DNA from: Longimicrobiales bacterium
GTDB taxonomy: Bacteria > Gemmatimonadota > Gemmatimonadetes > Longimicrobiales > Gaopeijiaceae
Length of the DNA: 64,000 nucleotides
Direction: 5' to 3'
Assembly: GCA_965249725.1 (NCBI GenBank)
Contig: CBDFMQ010000001.1
Location: forward strand, 1 to 64,000
Positions 1-8,495 of this stretch are shown one piece after another. A program made the translations under genes and the position numbers. The notes under the pieces were generated by a model. The model saw only the letters and a list, made by a program, of their open reading frames with translations, made no database searches and was not told the DNA's origin. How positions within the stretch are numbered: position 1 is the stretch's first letter; every line of letters starts with the position of its first letter.

Positions 1-136
1 CCCTGTCGAGTTCCTTCGGGCAGCGCGGAAGCCCCGCCGGTGGCTCCGGCTCGCGGTCGTTCAACGCCCGTTTGCCGGGGTTGCCTTCCAGCACCCGCAG
101 CCGCGTGGGCTTCGGTGACGGGCCACGCTTACCCAT
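1..136 (-). CDS. terS: Phage terminase small subunit, P27 family (N-terminus only; runs off window)
   Basis: Own translation from ATG at 136: MGKRGPSPKPTRLRVLEGNPGKRALNDREP, the typical P27 TerS N-terminus; lies downstream of HNH. Confidence 0.85.
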   Translation of the reverse strand, partial: MGKRGPSPKPTRLRVLEGNPGKRALNDREPEPPAGLPRCPKELDR

Positions 137-204
137 CCGCCGGCTCCAACCGCGGCGCTAGGTCCAGCCCGTTCAAGATCAGGGGGCTGGCCACCGCTTC
201 GCTC

Positions 205-305
205 ACCTCAACCCCCCCCTCCAAAACCTGCGGTCGTGAAGACAAAGCACCCGACCGGTTTCGGCGGCTGAGGGCCACGGAGCTGCGAGCCCCCCTCCCC
301 TCCAT
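205..305 (-). other. Candidate cos/packaging-initiation region between HNH and terS
   Basis: Position typical of HK97-like cos phages; G-tract-bounded spacer GGGGAGGGGGG...ACCGG...CACGACCGCAGGTTTTGGAGGGGGGG on minus strand. Confidence 0.45.
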
Positions 306-319
306 CGTCTCTCGCCCGC

Positions 320-676
320 TCATGCCCGCACCGTCCTCGGATGCTCAGCGAGCGTCTTCTGTGCATGGCACGACCGGCACAGGCTCTGCAGGTTCGACGT
401 CTCGTGCGTGCCGCCCGCGTCCAGCGGAACGACGTGATCTACCAGAGTTGCAGCTGTCGCGCGGCCGTCCTCGGCGCAGTGGCGGCACAGCGGCTCGGCC
501 TTCGGCTGACGTGACCTGATCCTGCGCCACGGCCCGCCGTAACCGCGCGCCTTCGCACTGCCACGCGTCTTCGTGTCCAGCCGGTGGTGCGCCCGCGTGT
601 GCTCACCGCACCTGCCGCGCTCCACCAGTACGTTGCAGCCTGGCTGCATGCACGGACGCTTTGGTGCTACTGGCAC
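320..676 (-). CDS. Packaging-associated HNH endonuclease
   Basis: PxxPKRPCxxPGC N-terminus, PLCRHC...VDHVVP...NLQSLCRSCHAQKT; GTG start with GAGGAGG RBS. Confidence 0.9.
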   Translation of the reverse strand: MPVAPKRPCMQPGCNVLVERGRCGEHTRAHHRLDTKTRGSAKARGYGGPWRRIRSRQPKAEPLCRHCAEDGRATAATLVDHVVPLDAGGTHETSNLQSLCRSCHAQKTLAEHPRTVRA

Positions 677-703
677 TGTGTCACGCCCTCCTCGCCTCAA
701 ACG

Positions 704-755
704 AAAAAACCCGACACCTCATCCCCTCGCGCTCTCTGGGGCTCGTGGTGCCGGG
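704..755 (-). terminator. Intrinsic terminator upstream of the HNH-terS late genes
   Basis: Minus strand: CCCGGCACC / GGTGTCGGG 9-bp stem (one G-U, 28-nt loop) followed by TTTTTT. Confidence 0.65.
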
Positions 756-788
756 GTCAGTTAAGTCTGGTGCCCGGACTAGCTTTTC

Positions 789-989
789 CTACTGCAAAGC
801 TACAGATCCCGCCTCTCGGTGGTCAACTCCTTCCCCGACTCTACCGAATGTCTTGCACTCGTAGCGGGTTGCCTCTCCGTCGTCGAAGTGGAGCATGATC
901 GAGCCCCTGAAACCAGGCCCGCAACCGACTGCTTCTCTGAGAGCGCGTGCCAGTTCGGCAACTGTTTGGGCCCCGGCGTCACTGCTCAC
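789..989 (-). CDS. Small phage protein (66 aa), DUF2292/YezD-like pattern
   Basis: GTGA overlap with upstream stop; GFRGSIMLHFDDG resembles the FGSxxIxxxDG pattern. Confidence 0.5.
   Translation of the reverse strand: MSSDAGAQTVAELARALREAVGCGPGFRGSIMLHFDDGEATRYECKTFGRVGEGVDHREAGSVALQ
797..826 (-). promoter_or_regulatory. Candidate sigma70-type late promoter
   Basis: TTGACC-N18-TAGCTT on minus strand, ~40 nt upstream of the terminator. Confidence 0.45.
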
Positions 990-1153
990 CAGCCCAGGCC
1001 CTCCAGGATCCAGCGCCAAGCCCAGACGTTCAGCGCGATCACCGATAGCAACAGCCCGCTCAACAGGCCCCCCAGGATGAGCACCGTCAGAAGGCCGTAG
1101 AACGTCTTCCGGATGCGGGTGCCCAGGGGCAGCCTCGGCCTGATAGTGGTCAC
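986..1153 (-). CDS. Small phage membrane protein (55 aa)
   Basis: GTGA overlaps at both ends; basic N-terminus then long hydrophobic stretch. Confidence 0.6.
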   Translation of the reverse strand: MTTIRPRLPLGTRIRKTFYGLLTVLILGGLLSGLLLSVIALNVWAWRWILEGLGW

Positions 1154-1395
1154 CGGATCGGTGCCGGTTTGTCTGGACCGGGGTGCGAGCCATTGTCGAG
1201 GGTGATCGCTTCGTCGCCCAGCTGGACGAGGCGCTGTTCGTCGAACCATCGTGACCCCACAAACTCACCATCGTCCTTGGTCGGCGGGGCAATCAACGCC
1301 TGATTGCAGCCGGTGATGTACTCGCAGTATCCCGTCACCACGCCCTCAAAGCCCGTGATACGGTCCTTCACTCGGCGTCCGATGCCTCGATGCAT
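1150..1395 (-). CDS. Phage hypothetical protein
   Basis: RBS GAGAGGAG; VKDRITGFEGVVTGYCEYITGCNQ...WFDEQRL pattern familiar from phage genomes. Confidence 0.75.
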   Translation of the reverse strand: MHRGIGRRVKDRITGFEGVVTGYCEYITGCNQALIAPPTKDDGEFVGSRWFDEQRLVQLGDEAITLDNGSHPGPDKPAPIR

Positions 1396-1451
1396 ATCAG
1401 TTCTCCTCTCTTGACTGTGAGTCAACCCTTCTCGATTCTCCCCCGCCATCC

Positions 1452-2498
1452 TCACGCCACCTCGCTCACGTTCCGGTAGGCCCGGATGAACGCCGCGGCG
1501 AGTTGCGGGACGATCGCGTTGCCGTAGGCGCGCAGGCGTCCCACGCGGTTGGGAACCCCATGGGCCAGCGGGAATGTGCCGGATTCAACGCGCCGCGCTT
1601 TTCCGTCCGCACAGTCCAAAAAACTCGATCCCTCAACTGAAAAGTGGCACATGGATCCTTCCTGTTCTCCGCCGCGCCATTGTGATCCGATGCCACCGGG
1701 GTATTCCAGCCCGCGAGGGTTGCTAGCTTGCGGCCCGTCTGCCCGTCCGGCTCCGGGCCGCCCGTGCTTCCCGTCGGGCTCGGCCAGCCCGCGAGCATCT
1801 TCGCCACCAAGGGGAGGCTGGATTGGCTCGCCCCCTCTCGATTCCACTCCCTCACGGTCCCGGCCATCGTTCGCCGGTCCTGGTTGTCGTCGCTGGCGTT
1901 CGGCGTCGGCCAGCCCGCCAGCAGATCCGTCGTCTTCCGGCTGGAATCCGTGTTGCCCGCTGCGTTGTATCCCTTCTGCGCTGGCGTCCCGGCCATCGGC
2001 GTCGGCCACCCACCAAAGCCGCTGACGGATGTGCGGTGCGCCGACGCTCGCAGCCGGCAGATCGGCGGCCCCGCAGGCATATCCCACGTGCTCCAGATCA
2101 GCGCGTACTCCGGCGAGCCATTCACGTCCAAGGTTGCTCGCAACCTGCTCTCCAAAGAGCGTTGCAGGCCGGCGCTCGGCGATGAGCCGGAAAAAAGCGG
2201 GCCACAGGTGTCTTCGATCGGCATGGCCACGTCGCTGTCCAGCGCTCGAAAGCGGCTGACACGGAACGGAGCCGGTCCAGACGGGCCGCTCGTCGGGCCA
2301 TCCGGCGAGCCGGAGCGCGTGGCCCCAGCCGCCGATCCCGGCGAAGAAGTGACACTGGGTGTAGCCCTCGAGCTCATCCGGCGCGACCTCGTCGATGCTC
2401 CGCTCGTCCACGTCGCCAGGCGCGATCAGCCCCTCGGCGATCAGGTTGCGCAGCCACTCGGCGGCATACGGCTCGATCTCGTTGTAGTAGGCTCTCAC
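1452..2498 (-). CDS. DNA (cytosine-5) methyltransferase, alpha chain (no motif IX in this frame)
   Basis: FFAGIGG (I), GSVPCQPLS (IV), GEQV (VI), PHIRQR (VIII), YGNAIVP (X). Confidence 0.9.
   Translation of the reverse strand: MRAYYNEIEPYAAEWLRNLIAEGLIAPGDVDERSIDEVAPDELEGYTQCHFFAGIGGWGHALRLAGWPDERPVWTGSVPCQPLSSAGQRRGHADRRHLWPAFFRLIAERRPATLFGEQVASNLGREWLAGVRADLEHVGYACGAADLPAASVGAPHIRQRLWWVADADGRDASAEGIQRSGQHGFQPEDDGSAGGLADAERQRRQPGPANDGRDREGVESRGGEPIQPPLGGEDARGLAEPDGKHGRPGAGRADGPQASNPRGLEYPGGIGSQWRGGEQEGSMCHFSVEGSSFLDCADGKARRVESGTFPLAHGVPNRVGRLRAYGNAIVPQLAAAFIRAYRNVSEVA
1466..2224 (-). CDS. Nested alternative-frame protein, putative methyltransferase beta chain (motif IX plus WPTP repeats)
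   Basis: Same-strand ORF inside the MTase; four GW[PN][TS]P repeats and LNPAHSRWPMGFP; ATG at 2224 inferred. Confidence 0.7.
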   Translation of the reverse strand: MPIEDTCGPLFSGSSPSAGLQRSLESRLRATLDVNGSPEYALIWSTWDMPAGPPICRLRASAHRTSVSGFGGWPTPMAGTPAQKGYNAAGNTDSSRKTTDLLAGWPTPNASDDNQDRRTMAGTVREWNREGASQSSLPLVAKMLAGWPSPTGSTGGPEPDGQTGRKLATLAGWNTPVASDHNGAAENRKDPCATFQLRDRVFWTVRTEKRGALNPAHSRWPMGFPTAWDACAPTATRSSRNSPRRSSGPTGT

Positions 2499-2504
2499 GT
2501 CGTC

Positions 2505-3032
2505 TCATCCATTCACTCGACCGGTCCGGGCCTCGGTCCAGTATCCGATAGCGGGAATGCTCGCTGCGTCGTGTCTCGGACCGTCGTGGAGCACGCCCAA
2601 CCGGACCGGACCGGGGGTGGTGCGACGAACCATCCGCCCCGTCTCCGCGTCCCAGACGATCGGCTCGACTCCCCGCTCCGCAGGTGTGAGATCGCGTAGC
2701 TCGGCCCCGCAGACGGGGCACGGCCCCTCGCTGCCCCCCTCGCTCTCCCAGCGCAGGTAACGCGAGCGCAGATCCGAGGGCCGCTGTCCGTTGCTGCGGC
2801 TCGCCCGATGCGCCTTCGCCAGCTTCCTGATCTCCGCCGGCTTCGGGAAGTACCGCCCGCCGTCGCGCAGGTAGGCCGTGACCGCAGCCTCCAGATCATC
2901 CACCGGCAGATCATCGAGCACCTCGGCCCATAGCTTGGCGGCTTCGTTCGCGCTCACGTCCCTCGGCAGCGGATAGACGAAGCGCAGCCGGTTGATCGCT
3001 GCCTGTGCGTCGATGAACTTGACGCACCTCAC
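2505..3032 (-). CDS. Phage replicative helicase loader/inhibitor-like protein with C-terminal CxxC
   Basis: WAEVLDDLP...AAVTAYL...YFPKPAEIR; directly downstream of the initiator. Confidence 0.6.
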   Translation of the reverse strand: MRCVKFIDAQAAINRLRFVYPLPRDVSANEAAKLWAEVLDDLPVDDLEAAVTAYLRDGGRYFPKPAEIRKLAKAHRASRSNGQRPSDLRSRYLRWESEGGSEGPCPVCGAELRDLTPAERGVEPIVWDAETGRMVRRTTPGPVRLGVLHDGPRHDAASIPAIGYWTEARTGRVNG

Positions 3033-4042
3033 AGCTCGGCCCTCAGCATTTCGAGGCCTTGTTTGGCGGCCGCCTCAGCATCCACGCCCTTGGCTTCCAG
3101 CTCGTCGCGGATCTCGTACCAGCGCTCGCGGTTCGCCCGGTCGTTGACGATGTCGAGCGGGTCGGGCGGTCCCGTGCCGTTGCCTACCGGACGCCCGTAC
3201 TCGCTGCGTAGCCAATTGCGGAACGCCGCGTCCCAGTCGGTCTGCACCCGGCCGTTCGACAGCGCATGGTCGCGGAACCGCGCGGCCTCCAACGCGAGAT
3301 CCCGGCCCGCCGCCCCGGCGATCTCCGAATGGGTGGCGTTCGGTTCCCAATCACCCGGCAACGGCCCTTTTCTTTTGGCCCCCCGATAGGGGGGTTTTTC
3401 TTTTTCCGTATTCCGTTCTTCCGTATTCCGTTCTTCCGTATTCCGTTCTTCCGTATTCCGTTCTTCCGTTCTTCCGTGATCGGGTAGGGGATCGGGTATC
3501 CCCTTCGGAGGGGATGGGGGAGGGGATACCTGAGGGGATGGGGGAGGGGATACCTGAGGGGATGGGGGAGGGGATAGGTCCGGGAAAGGCCTGACGAGCT
3601 CGTAGTAATCCGCGAAGTCGTTGACAACCTTGAGTTTAGGCAAGCCGCAAAGGTGCTTCATTACATTCTTGCGGTGGTTGTCGTTCGTGAGCGTCCGGCT
3701 CGGCTCGAACTTCAGAGCGTTGCGCAGCCAGAAAACGTTGCGTTCACGCATCAGCCATCCCATTCGAGGGGGATTGGGTATCCCCTCCGGTATGGGATTG
3801 GGTATCCCCTCCGAAGGGGATTCGCCTTGAAGCTCGAAGAGAGCGTTTCGGACGTCTTCGGGTGGCAGGTTCGTCGCCTCGGATAGGACCGCCTCCGCAG
3901 CCGGAATGACGTCGATCCCCGTGGCCCCAAGGCGCAGCTTCAGGTGGAACCAGATCAATTGCGCGTGCGCGCTCATGTCCACGAACTCGGGGCTCTCCAG
4001 GAGCACTGTATGGATCGCCCGATAGTCGCCCCGCTCAGTCAT
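3029..4042 (-). CDS. Phage replication initiator (lambda O-like architecture)
   Basis: N-terminal helical domain, central repeat linker, C-terminal LPGDWEP...FRDH...DWDAAFRNW. Confidence 0.75.
   Translation of the reverse strand: MTERGDYRAIHTVLLESPEFVDMSAHAQLIWFHLKLRLGATGIDVIPAAEAVLSEATNLPPEDVRNALFELQGESPSEGIPNPIPEGIPNPPRMGWLMRERNVFWLRNALKFEPSRTLTNDNHRKNVMKHLCGLPKLKVVNDFADYYELVRPFPDLSPPPSPQVSPPPSPQVSPPPSPPKGIPDPLPDHGRTEERNTEERNTEERNTEERNTEKEKPPYRGAKRKGPLPGDWEPNATHSEIAGAAGRDLALEAARFRDHALSNGRVQTDWDAAFRNWLRSEYGRPVGNGTGPPDPLDIVNDRANRERWYEIRDELEAKGVDAEAAAKQGLEMLRAEL
3404..3476. repeat. Four perfect 15-bp tandem repeats (TTCCGTATTCCGTTC) plus partial copies
   Basis: Direct reading; encodes ERNTE repeats. 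Confidence 0.95.
3508..3576. repeat. 24-bp tandem repeat GAGGGGATGGGGGAGGGGATACCT (two full copies, one partial)
   Basis: Direct reading; encodes SPPPSPQV. Confidence 0.95.
3770..3813. repeat. 20-bp direct repeat GGGATTGGGTATCCCCTCCG x2 (degenerate third copy near 3488-3507)
   Basis: Direct reading. Confidence 0.9.
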
Positions 4043-5147
4043 CAACGGCCTGCCCATTCTTGAGTGTGGTGATTCCCTGGCACAGACAGCCAATGGCAAG
4101 CGCCAAAAGCAGGACGTCGCCGCCGTGGCGCACGTCGATGCCGGACACGAGTTCCAGCGCCGTCTCGACGAGTTCGCCGGGGTCGAAGTCTTGGGTCGCC
4201 AGGATCTCCCGCACGCTCGGCGGCGTCAGATGGGCCAGAAACGGAACTGCGTTGTCAGGGGAAGGGTCGCTCATGCCGGTCGCTCCACTGGCAGCTTTGA
4301 CCGGAGCGACACGAGTTCTTAAGCCAATGGTCGTCCCGCATTCCGGGCAACACCCCTTCTCGCTCGTGCCCGCCTTGGTGCACGGCTCGACCAGCTTGGG
4401 TGGGAACGTGGCGAAATGGGCGCCGGGATATGCGTGGGTCGGGATCGTCCAGGCGTTGCGCAGGTTCGCGCCTATTTCTGCCTGTTCGGCGACCGTTCTC
4501 TTTTCCTTCCATGTGCCTGCACGGCGGTCATACGTATCAGAACCCTTGCGCGGTACTCTCTCGCGACCTTTTCGCCGGGCATGTGTGTTCGGGCTGCATG
4601 TCACCCGCACCGCATCCGCGTCGTAGAAGTACCGGGCGGCCTTCGTGAGCAGGTACAGCTTCTCGTGCGCCGAGGTGGGCCGGTCCCTCACACTCTCCGG
4701 CATCGGGTTCGGTTTGTGCCACACGATTTCGCTTCTCAGCCACCAGCCGTCCGCCTGGAGCGCCAAGGCGACGCGGGCGGGCATCATCACGAGGTCCTTC
4801 GGCTTGAGGCCAGACGGTGTCTTGGGGCGTGCCAAGCCGTTTTGTACGAGGCGACCCTTATTGTCCGAGGCTCCAGCTCTGTGCGTCGAACGATCTCCGC
4901 TAGAGTACGAGTCCCCGTAGTTCAGCCAGAGCGTGCCGTCCTTGCGCAGCACTCGCCGCACCTCGCGGAACACGGTGACGATCGTTTCTAGGTGTTCCTG
5001 CAACGTCGGCTCCAGCCCGATAGCGCCCGCGACCCCGTAGTCCCGCAGCCCCCAGTACGGCGGGCTCGTCACGACGCAGTGGACGGACTCTTCCGGGAGG
5101 GTGCGCAGCCGCTCTAGGCAGTCGCCCACGTGAATCCGGACGCTCAT
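4035..5147 (-). pseudogene. N4-C/N6-A DNA methyltransferase (beta class) lacking its C-terminal SAM-binding motif; possibly fused to the next small gene
   Basis: GDC...VVTSPPY, WHKPNPMPES, HFATFPPKL present; no DPFxGxG. Confidence 0.65.
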
Positions 5148-5381
5148 CCGGGCCCCCTGAGCCACCAGGCACCCGCGTCGTCGAAGATCCGGTCTATGAG
5201 CTCGCGGAAGGGGTCCGGGCCGGACCTGCGCGAAAATGGGGCGTTGTGAAAACCGTTGACAAAGGTACCGGCCTTCGGGCGCGCTTCGGGCCTGGAACGA
5301 CGCGATCCGCTACCCCCGCTACCGTGCGTATTAGGCGTATCTGTGCGGTTTAACGGGTTCTGTGAGGTTTTCTCGGTTGAA
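5144..5381 (-). CDS. 3' end of a phage gene cut by the block boundary
   Basis: Open frame ending ...FRELIDRIFDDAGAWWLRGPG*, ATGA overlap with the MTase start. Confidence 0.5.
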
Positions 5382-5382
5382 C

Positions 5383-8300
5383 TGTGCGTTCTTCGCTTGT
5401 GTGCAGCTCGGGCTGATCCCCGTCCCGGTCTGCCCGCCGTCGAGCCACGGATTCAGGGCGGCGCTCTACCAGATGAACCACATCGCAGAGGACTGCGGGG
5501 CGGCCGCCGTTCTGACGGACCGCTCATACCTCTGGTCGATCAAGCTGCACAACGCGCGCACCAATCTCTCAACGCTGTGGGGCAAAGGGGGCTATACGTC
5601 GCGATTGAAGTGGATCGTGACCGGTGACGCCGAACCGACCACCGGGATCGGTTTTCCGGAAGCCCACTCCGAAGTCCTGTTCCTGCAGTACACATCGGGT
5701 TCGACGAGCGAGCCAAAGGGGGTCATGGTCACGCACCGCAATGTCATCAGCAATTGCGAAGGACTGTTCGGCCACGTCCCCATCGGTGTGTCGTGGCTGC
5801 CCCAGTATCACGACATGGGATTGATCGGCTCCTATCTGTTCGTGGCGCTCGCCGGCGGGACGACCTACGGGATCTCCCCGATCGATTTCATCCAACGGCC
5901 CCTGGTCTGGCTCGAAGCCATCAGCCGATATCGAGCGACAGTCACGGCAGCCCCCAACTTCGCCTACCAGTACTGCCTGCGCCCAGACAAGATCGAGGAC
6001 GACGAGCTCGATCGGCTCGACCTCGGCTCTCTCCGACTCGTCATGAACGGCGCGGAGCCGGTGCGGGCCGACGTGTTCCGCGGATTCCTCAGGAGATTCA
6101 GTGCCCGCGGTCTGACGGAGGGCAGCTTCTGCACGGCCTACGGGCTGGCCGAGTACACGTTGGCGGTGTCGAACCGCGGGACCAGAGTCGCATCGTTCGA
6201 CGCCAAGCGACTGAGGGCGGACGAAGTGCGCGTTTGCGAGAGCGAGCGGGCAGAGGGCGTGGACCTGGTCAGCTGCGGTGCGCCGGTCGGTTCGACCGAG
6301 ATTCGGATCGTGGATGTCCGGGACGAGGCTCGGATCGCGCCCGAGGGGCGGGTCGGGGAGGTGTGGGTCACCGGACCCAGCAAGTGCCTCGGGTACTGGG
6401 ATCGACCCGATCTGACCGAGCGGGTGTTCGAGGCCAGGCTCTGTGGTGAAAGCGGCGACGAGCGGAGTTGGCTACGGACGGGGGACCTCGGGTTTATGAG
6501 AGATGGGGAGCTGTTCGTCTGCGGCCGCTCGAAGGACCTGATCATCGTTCGCGGCCTCAACTATCACCCCCAGGACATCGAGGCGATCGTCGAGGAGGAC
6601 CTGCTGGTCCGTCGGGGATGTGTCGCCGCGTTCGCGGTCGAGAAGGGCGGGGGCGAGGCGCTGGTTGTGGTCGCCGAGCTCAGGAACGCGAAGCGATATC
6701 CCGATGTGGAGATGCTCAACCGGAGCCTCAGCCAACGTTTGGGCATCGTCGCCGACACCGTTGTCTACATTCGAGCGCGAACGATCCCAAAGACGAGCTC
6801 TGGCAAGATCGTGCGGCATCGAGCCCGTGCCCAATGGCTCGAGAGCCGCTTGAAGGTCGTAGCGCAAGTCGAGGCCGCTTCGTATCGCCGCCCACCGGCG
6901 GCGGCCCCCCCGGCAGACGCTTCGCGCGAGTCGCTGGCGACGATGTTCCGTCGGTATGGCCTCACGGGCTCGCAGAGCCTGGCCGTCGGCGAGGTGGGTC
7001 TCGACTCGCTTGGGGTGGCCGAGTTCGCGCTGGATCTCGAGAAATACCTGAGGGCACGAGGTGCCACCGACCTGGCGGCCGGCATCGATGTCCGGTGGTT
7101 GCAGAAGATCGCCGTCTCCGAACTGTTCGAGCTGGTTCGGCAATTGGGTGCCTCTGGCCCCCACGCGAAGGTGCGCTTGCAGCGGGCTATGGCCTCGCTT
7201 CGGCGAGAGCACCAAGCGATCGAGCACGACATGATGATGCGAGACTCTCGACTGCCCGTCGGGGTGCCGCTGCCCGACCGGGTCGAGGTCAGTGCCGGCT
7301 CACGTCATAATCTCGGATCCTCTTCCGATGCCGGCTCCACACCTGGTGAAGGTGGCATTCTTCTGACCGGAGGGACCGGTTTCTTCGGACCCTTCCTGCT
7401 CCGGAGCCTGCTCGAGCAGTGTGACGACCCGATCCACGTGGTCGTGCGGGCCGAGGACACTGCCCACGGTGAAGAGCGTCTTCGGGAGGCAATGACCTCG
7501 CTTGGCGGACCTGCGGACCCCGAATTCTGGGAGACATGGAGGCGCAGGGTGATCCCGGTTTGCGGCGACCTCGCCCTGCCCAACCTCGGGCTGTCACCGG
7601 AGGACTGGGCGTCCTTGGCCGAAGGGATCCACACCGTCTACCACAACGGGGCACGGGTCAACTATCTGCTCGACTACTCGGCCATGCGCACCGCCAACGT
7701 TCTCGGGACCCGGGACTTGGTCCGCTTCGCCCGGAGTCGCCGCTCGAAGGTCGTGAACTACATCTCCACGACGTTCGTCTTCGGATGGTCGTCGAGGGAC
7801 ACCCTGTTCGAGAGCGACGACAACCAGAACCTGGAGTTGCTCGACTTCGGATACAGCCAGAGCAAGTGGGTGTCGGAGCAGATCGTGCTCAACGCGATCA
7901 GGGAAGGGCTGTCCGCTCGCGTCTTCCGGCCGGCGCTGATCGCACCGTCCGTGACCGGAGGCGGTCAGCACTTCGACATCGCGATCCGCCTCCTGACCTT
8001 CATGCTCAAACACGGCATCAGCACCACCGCGCAGAACCAGGTGAGCTTTTCACCTGCCGATCTGGTCGCTGACAACGTCGTCGCCATCTCCAACTTGCCC
8101 GATACCGTGGGAGAGACCTTTCACGTCACGCGTGACACGCACTCGACCATGCTCGACATCACGGAGGTCCTCGGTGAGTTGACCGACACGCGATTCGTAA
8201 ACTACGACCTCGCCGACTTCGTCCCGCACGTCATCGAGCACTGCCGAAAGGACGACCTCCTCTTTCCGTTGCTCAACTTCCTCGTGCGCTCCGTCGAAAA

Positions 8301-8481
8301 CATCACCGCGATGGAGTTCAAACGATACGACAACCGGAACTATCGGCTGGCCCGTGCGAGGTCGCCCTTCGGCAGAGAAGATCCACCACTGGAGGATGTC
8401 GTCTCCGGGATCGTGCGCTTCCTGCGAAGGCACGGCCTCGTCGATGGCCTCGACGCCACGCGACTTCTCGAGAAGGTGTAG
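5383..8481 (+). CDS. Fatty acyl-AMP ligase - carrier domain - thioester reductase fusion (5' truncated)
   Basis: LQYTSGST, WLPQYHDMGLIG, RTGDLG, PKTSSGK; GLDSL; LTGGTGFFG and YSQSK; begins mid-domain at AFFACVQLGLIPVP. Confidence 0.9.
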   Translation, partial: CAFFACVQLGLIPVPVCPPSSHGFRAALYQMNHIAEDCGAAAVLTDRSYLWSIKLHNARTNLSTLWGKGGYTSRLKWIVTGDAEPTTGIGFPEAHSEVLFLQYTSGSTSEPKGVMVTHRNVISNCEGLFGHVPIGVSWLPQYHDMGLIGSYLFVALAGGTTYGISPIDFIQRPLVWLEAISRYRATVTAAPNFAYQYCLRPDKIEDDELDRLDLGSLRLVMNGAEPVRADVFRGFLRRFSARGLTEGSFCTAYGLAEYTLAVSNRGTRVASFDAKRLRADEVRVCESERAEGVDLVSCGAPVGSTEIRIVDVRDEARIAPEGRVGEVWVTGPSKCLGYWDRPDLTERVFEARLCGESGDERSWLRTGDLGFMRDGELFVCGRSKDLIIVRGLNYHPQDIEAIVEEDLLVRRGCVAAFAVEKGGGEALVVVAELRNAKRYPDVEMLNRSLSQRLGIVADTVVYIRARTIPKTSSGKIVRHRARAQWLESRLKVVAQVEAASYRRPPAAAPPADASRESLATMFRRYGLTGSQSLAVGEVGLDSLGVAEFALDLEKYLRARGATDLAAGIDVRWLQKIAVSELFELVRQLGASGPHAKVRLQRAMASLRREHQAIEHDMMMRDSRLPVGVPLPDRVEVSAGSRHNLGSSSDAGSTPGEGGILLTGGTGFFGPFLLRSLLEQCDDPIHVVVRAEDTAHGEERLREAMTSLGGPADPEFWETWRRRVIPVCGDLALPNLGLSPEDWASLAEGIHTVYHNGARVNYLLDYSAMRTANVLGTRDLVRFARSRRSKVVNYISTTFVFGWSSRDTLFESDDNQNLELLDFGYSQSKWVSEQIVLNAIREGLSARVFRPALIAPSVTGGGQHFDIAIRLLTFMLKHGISTTAQNQVSFSPADLVADNVVAISNLPDTVGETFHVTRDTHSTMLDITEVLGELTDTRFVNYDLADFVPHVIEHCRKDDLLFPLLNFLVRSVENITAMEFKRYDNRNYRLARARSPFGREDPPLEDVVSGIVRFLRRHGLVDGLDATRLLEKV

Positions 8482-8495
8482 AGGAAGGCGGGCCC

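Larger units (their letters stand above)
1..5381 (-). mobile_element. Temperate phage/prophage fragment (replication, methylases, start of packaging module)
   Basis: Co-oriented, mostly overlapping minus-strand genes: MTases, replication initiator, HNH, terminase small subunit. Confidence 0.9.
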
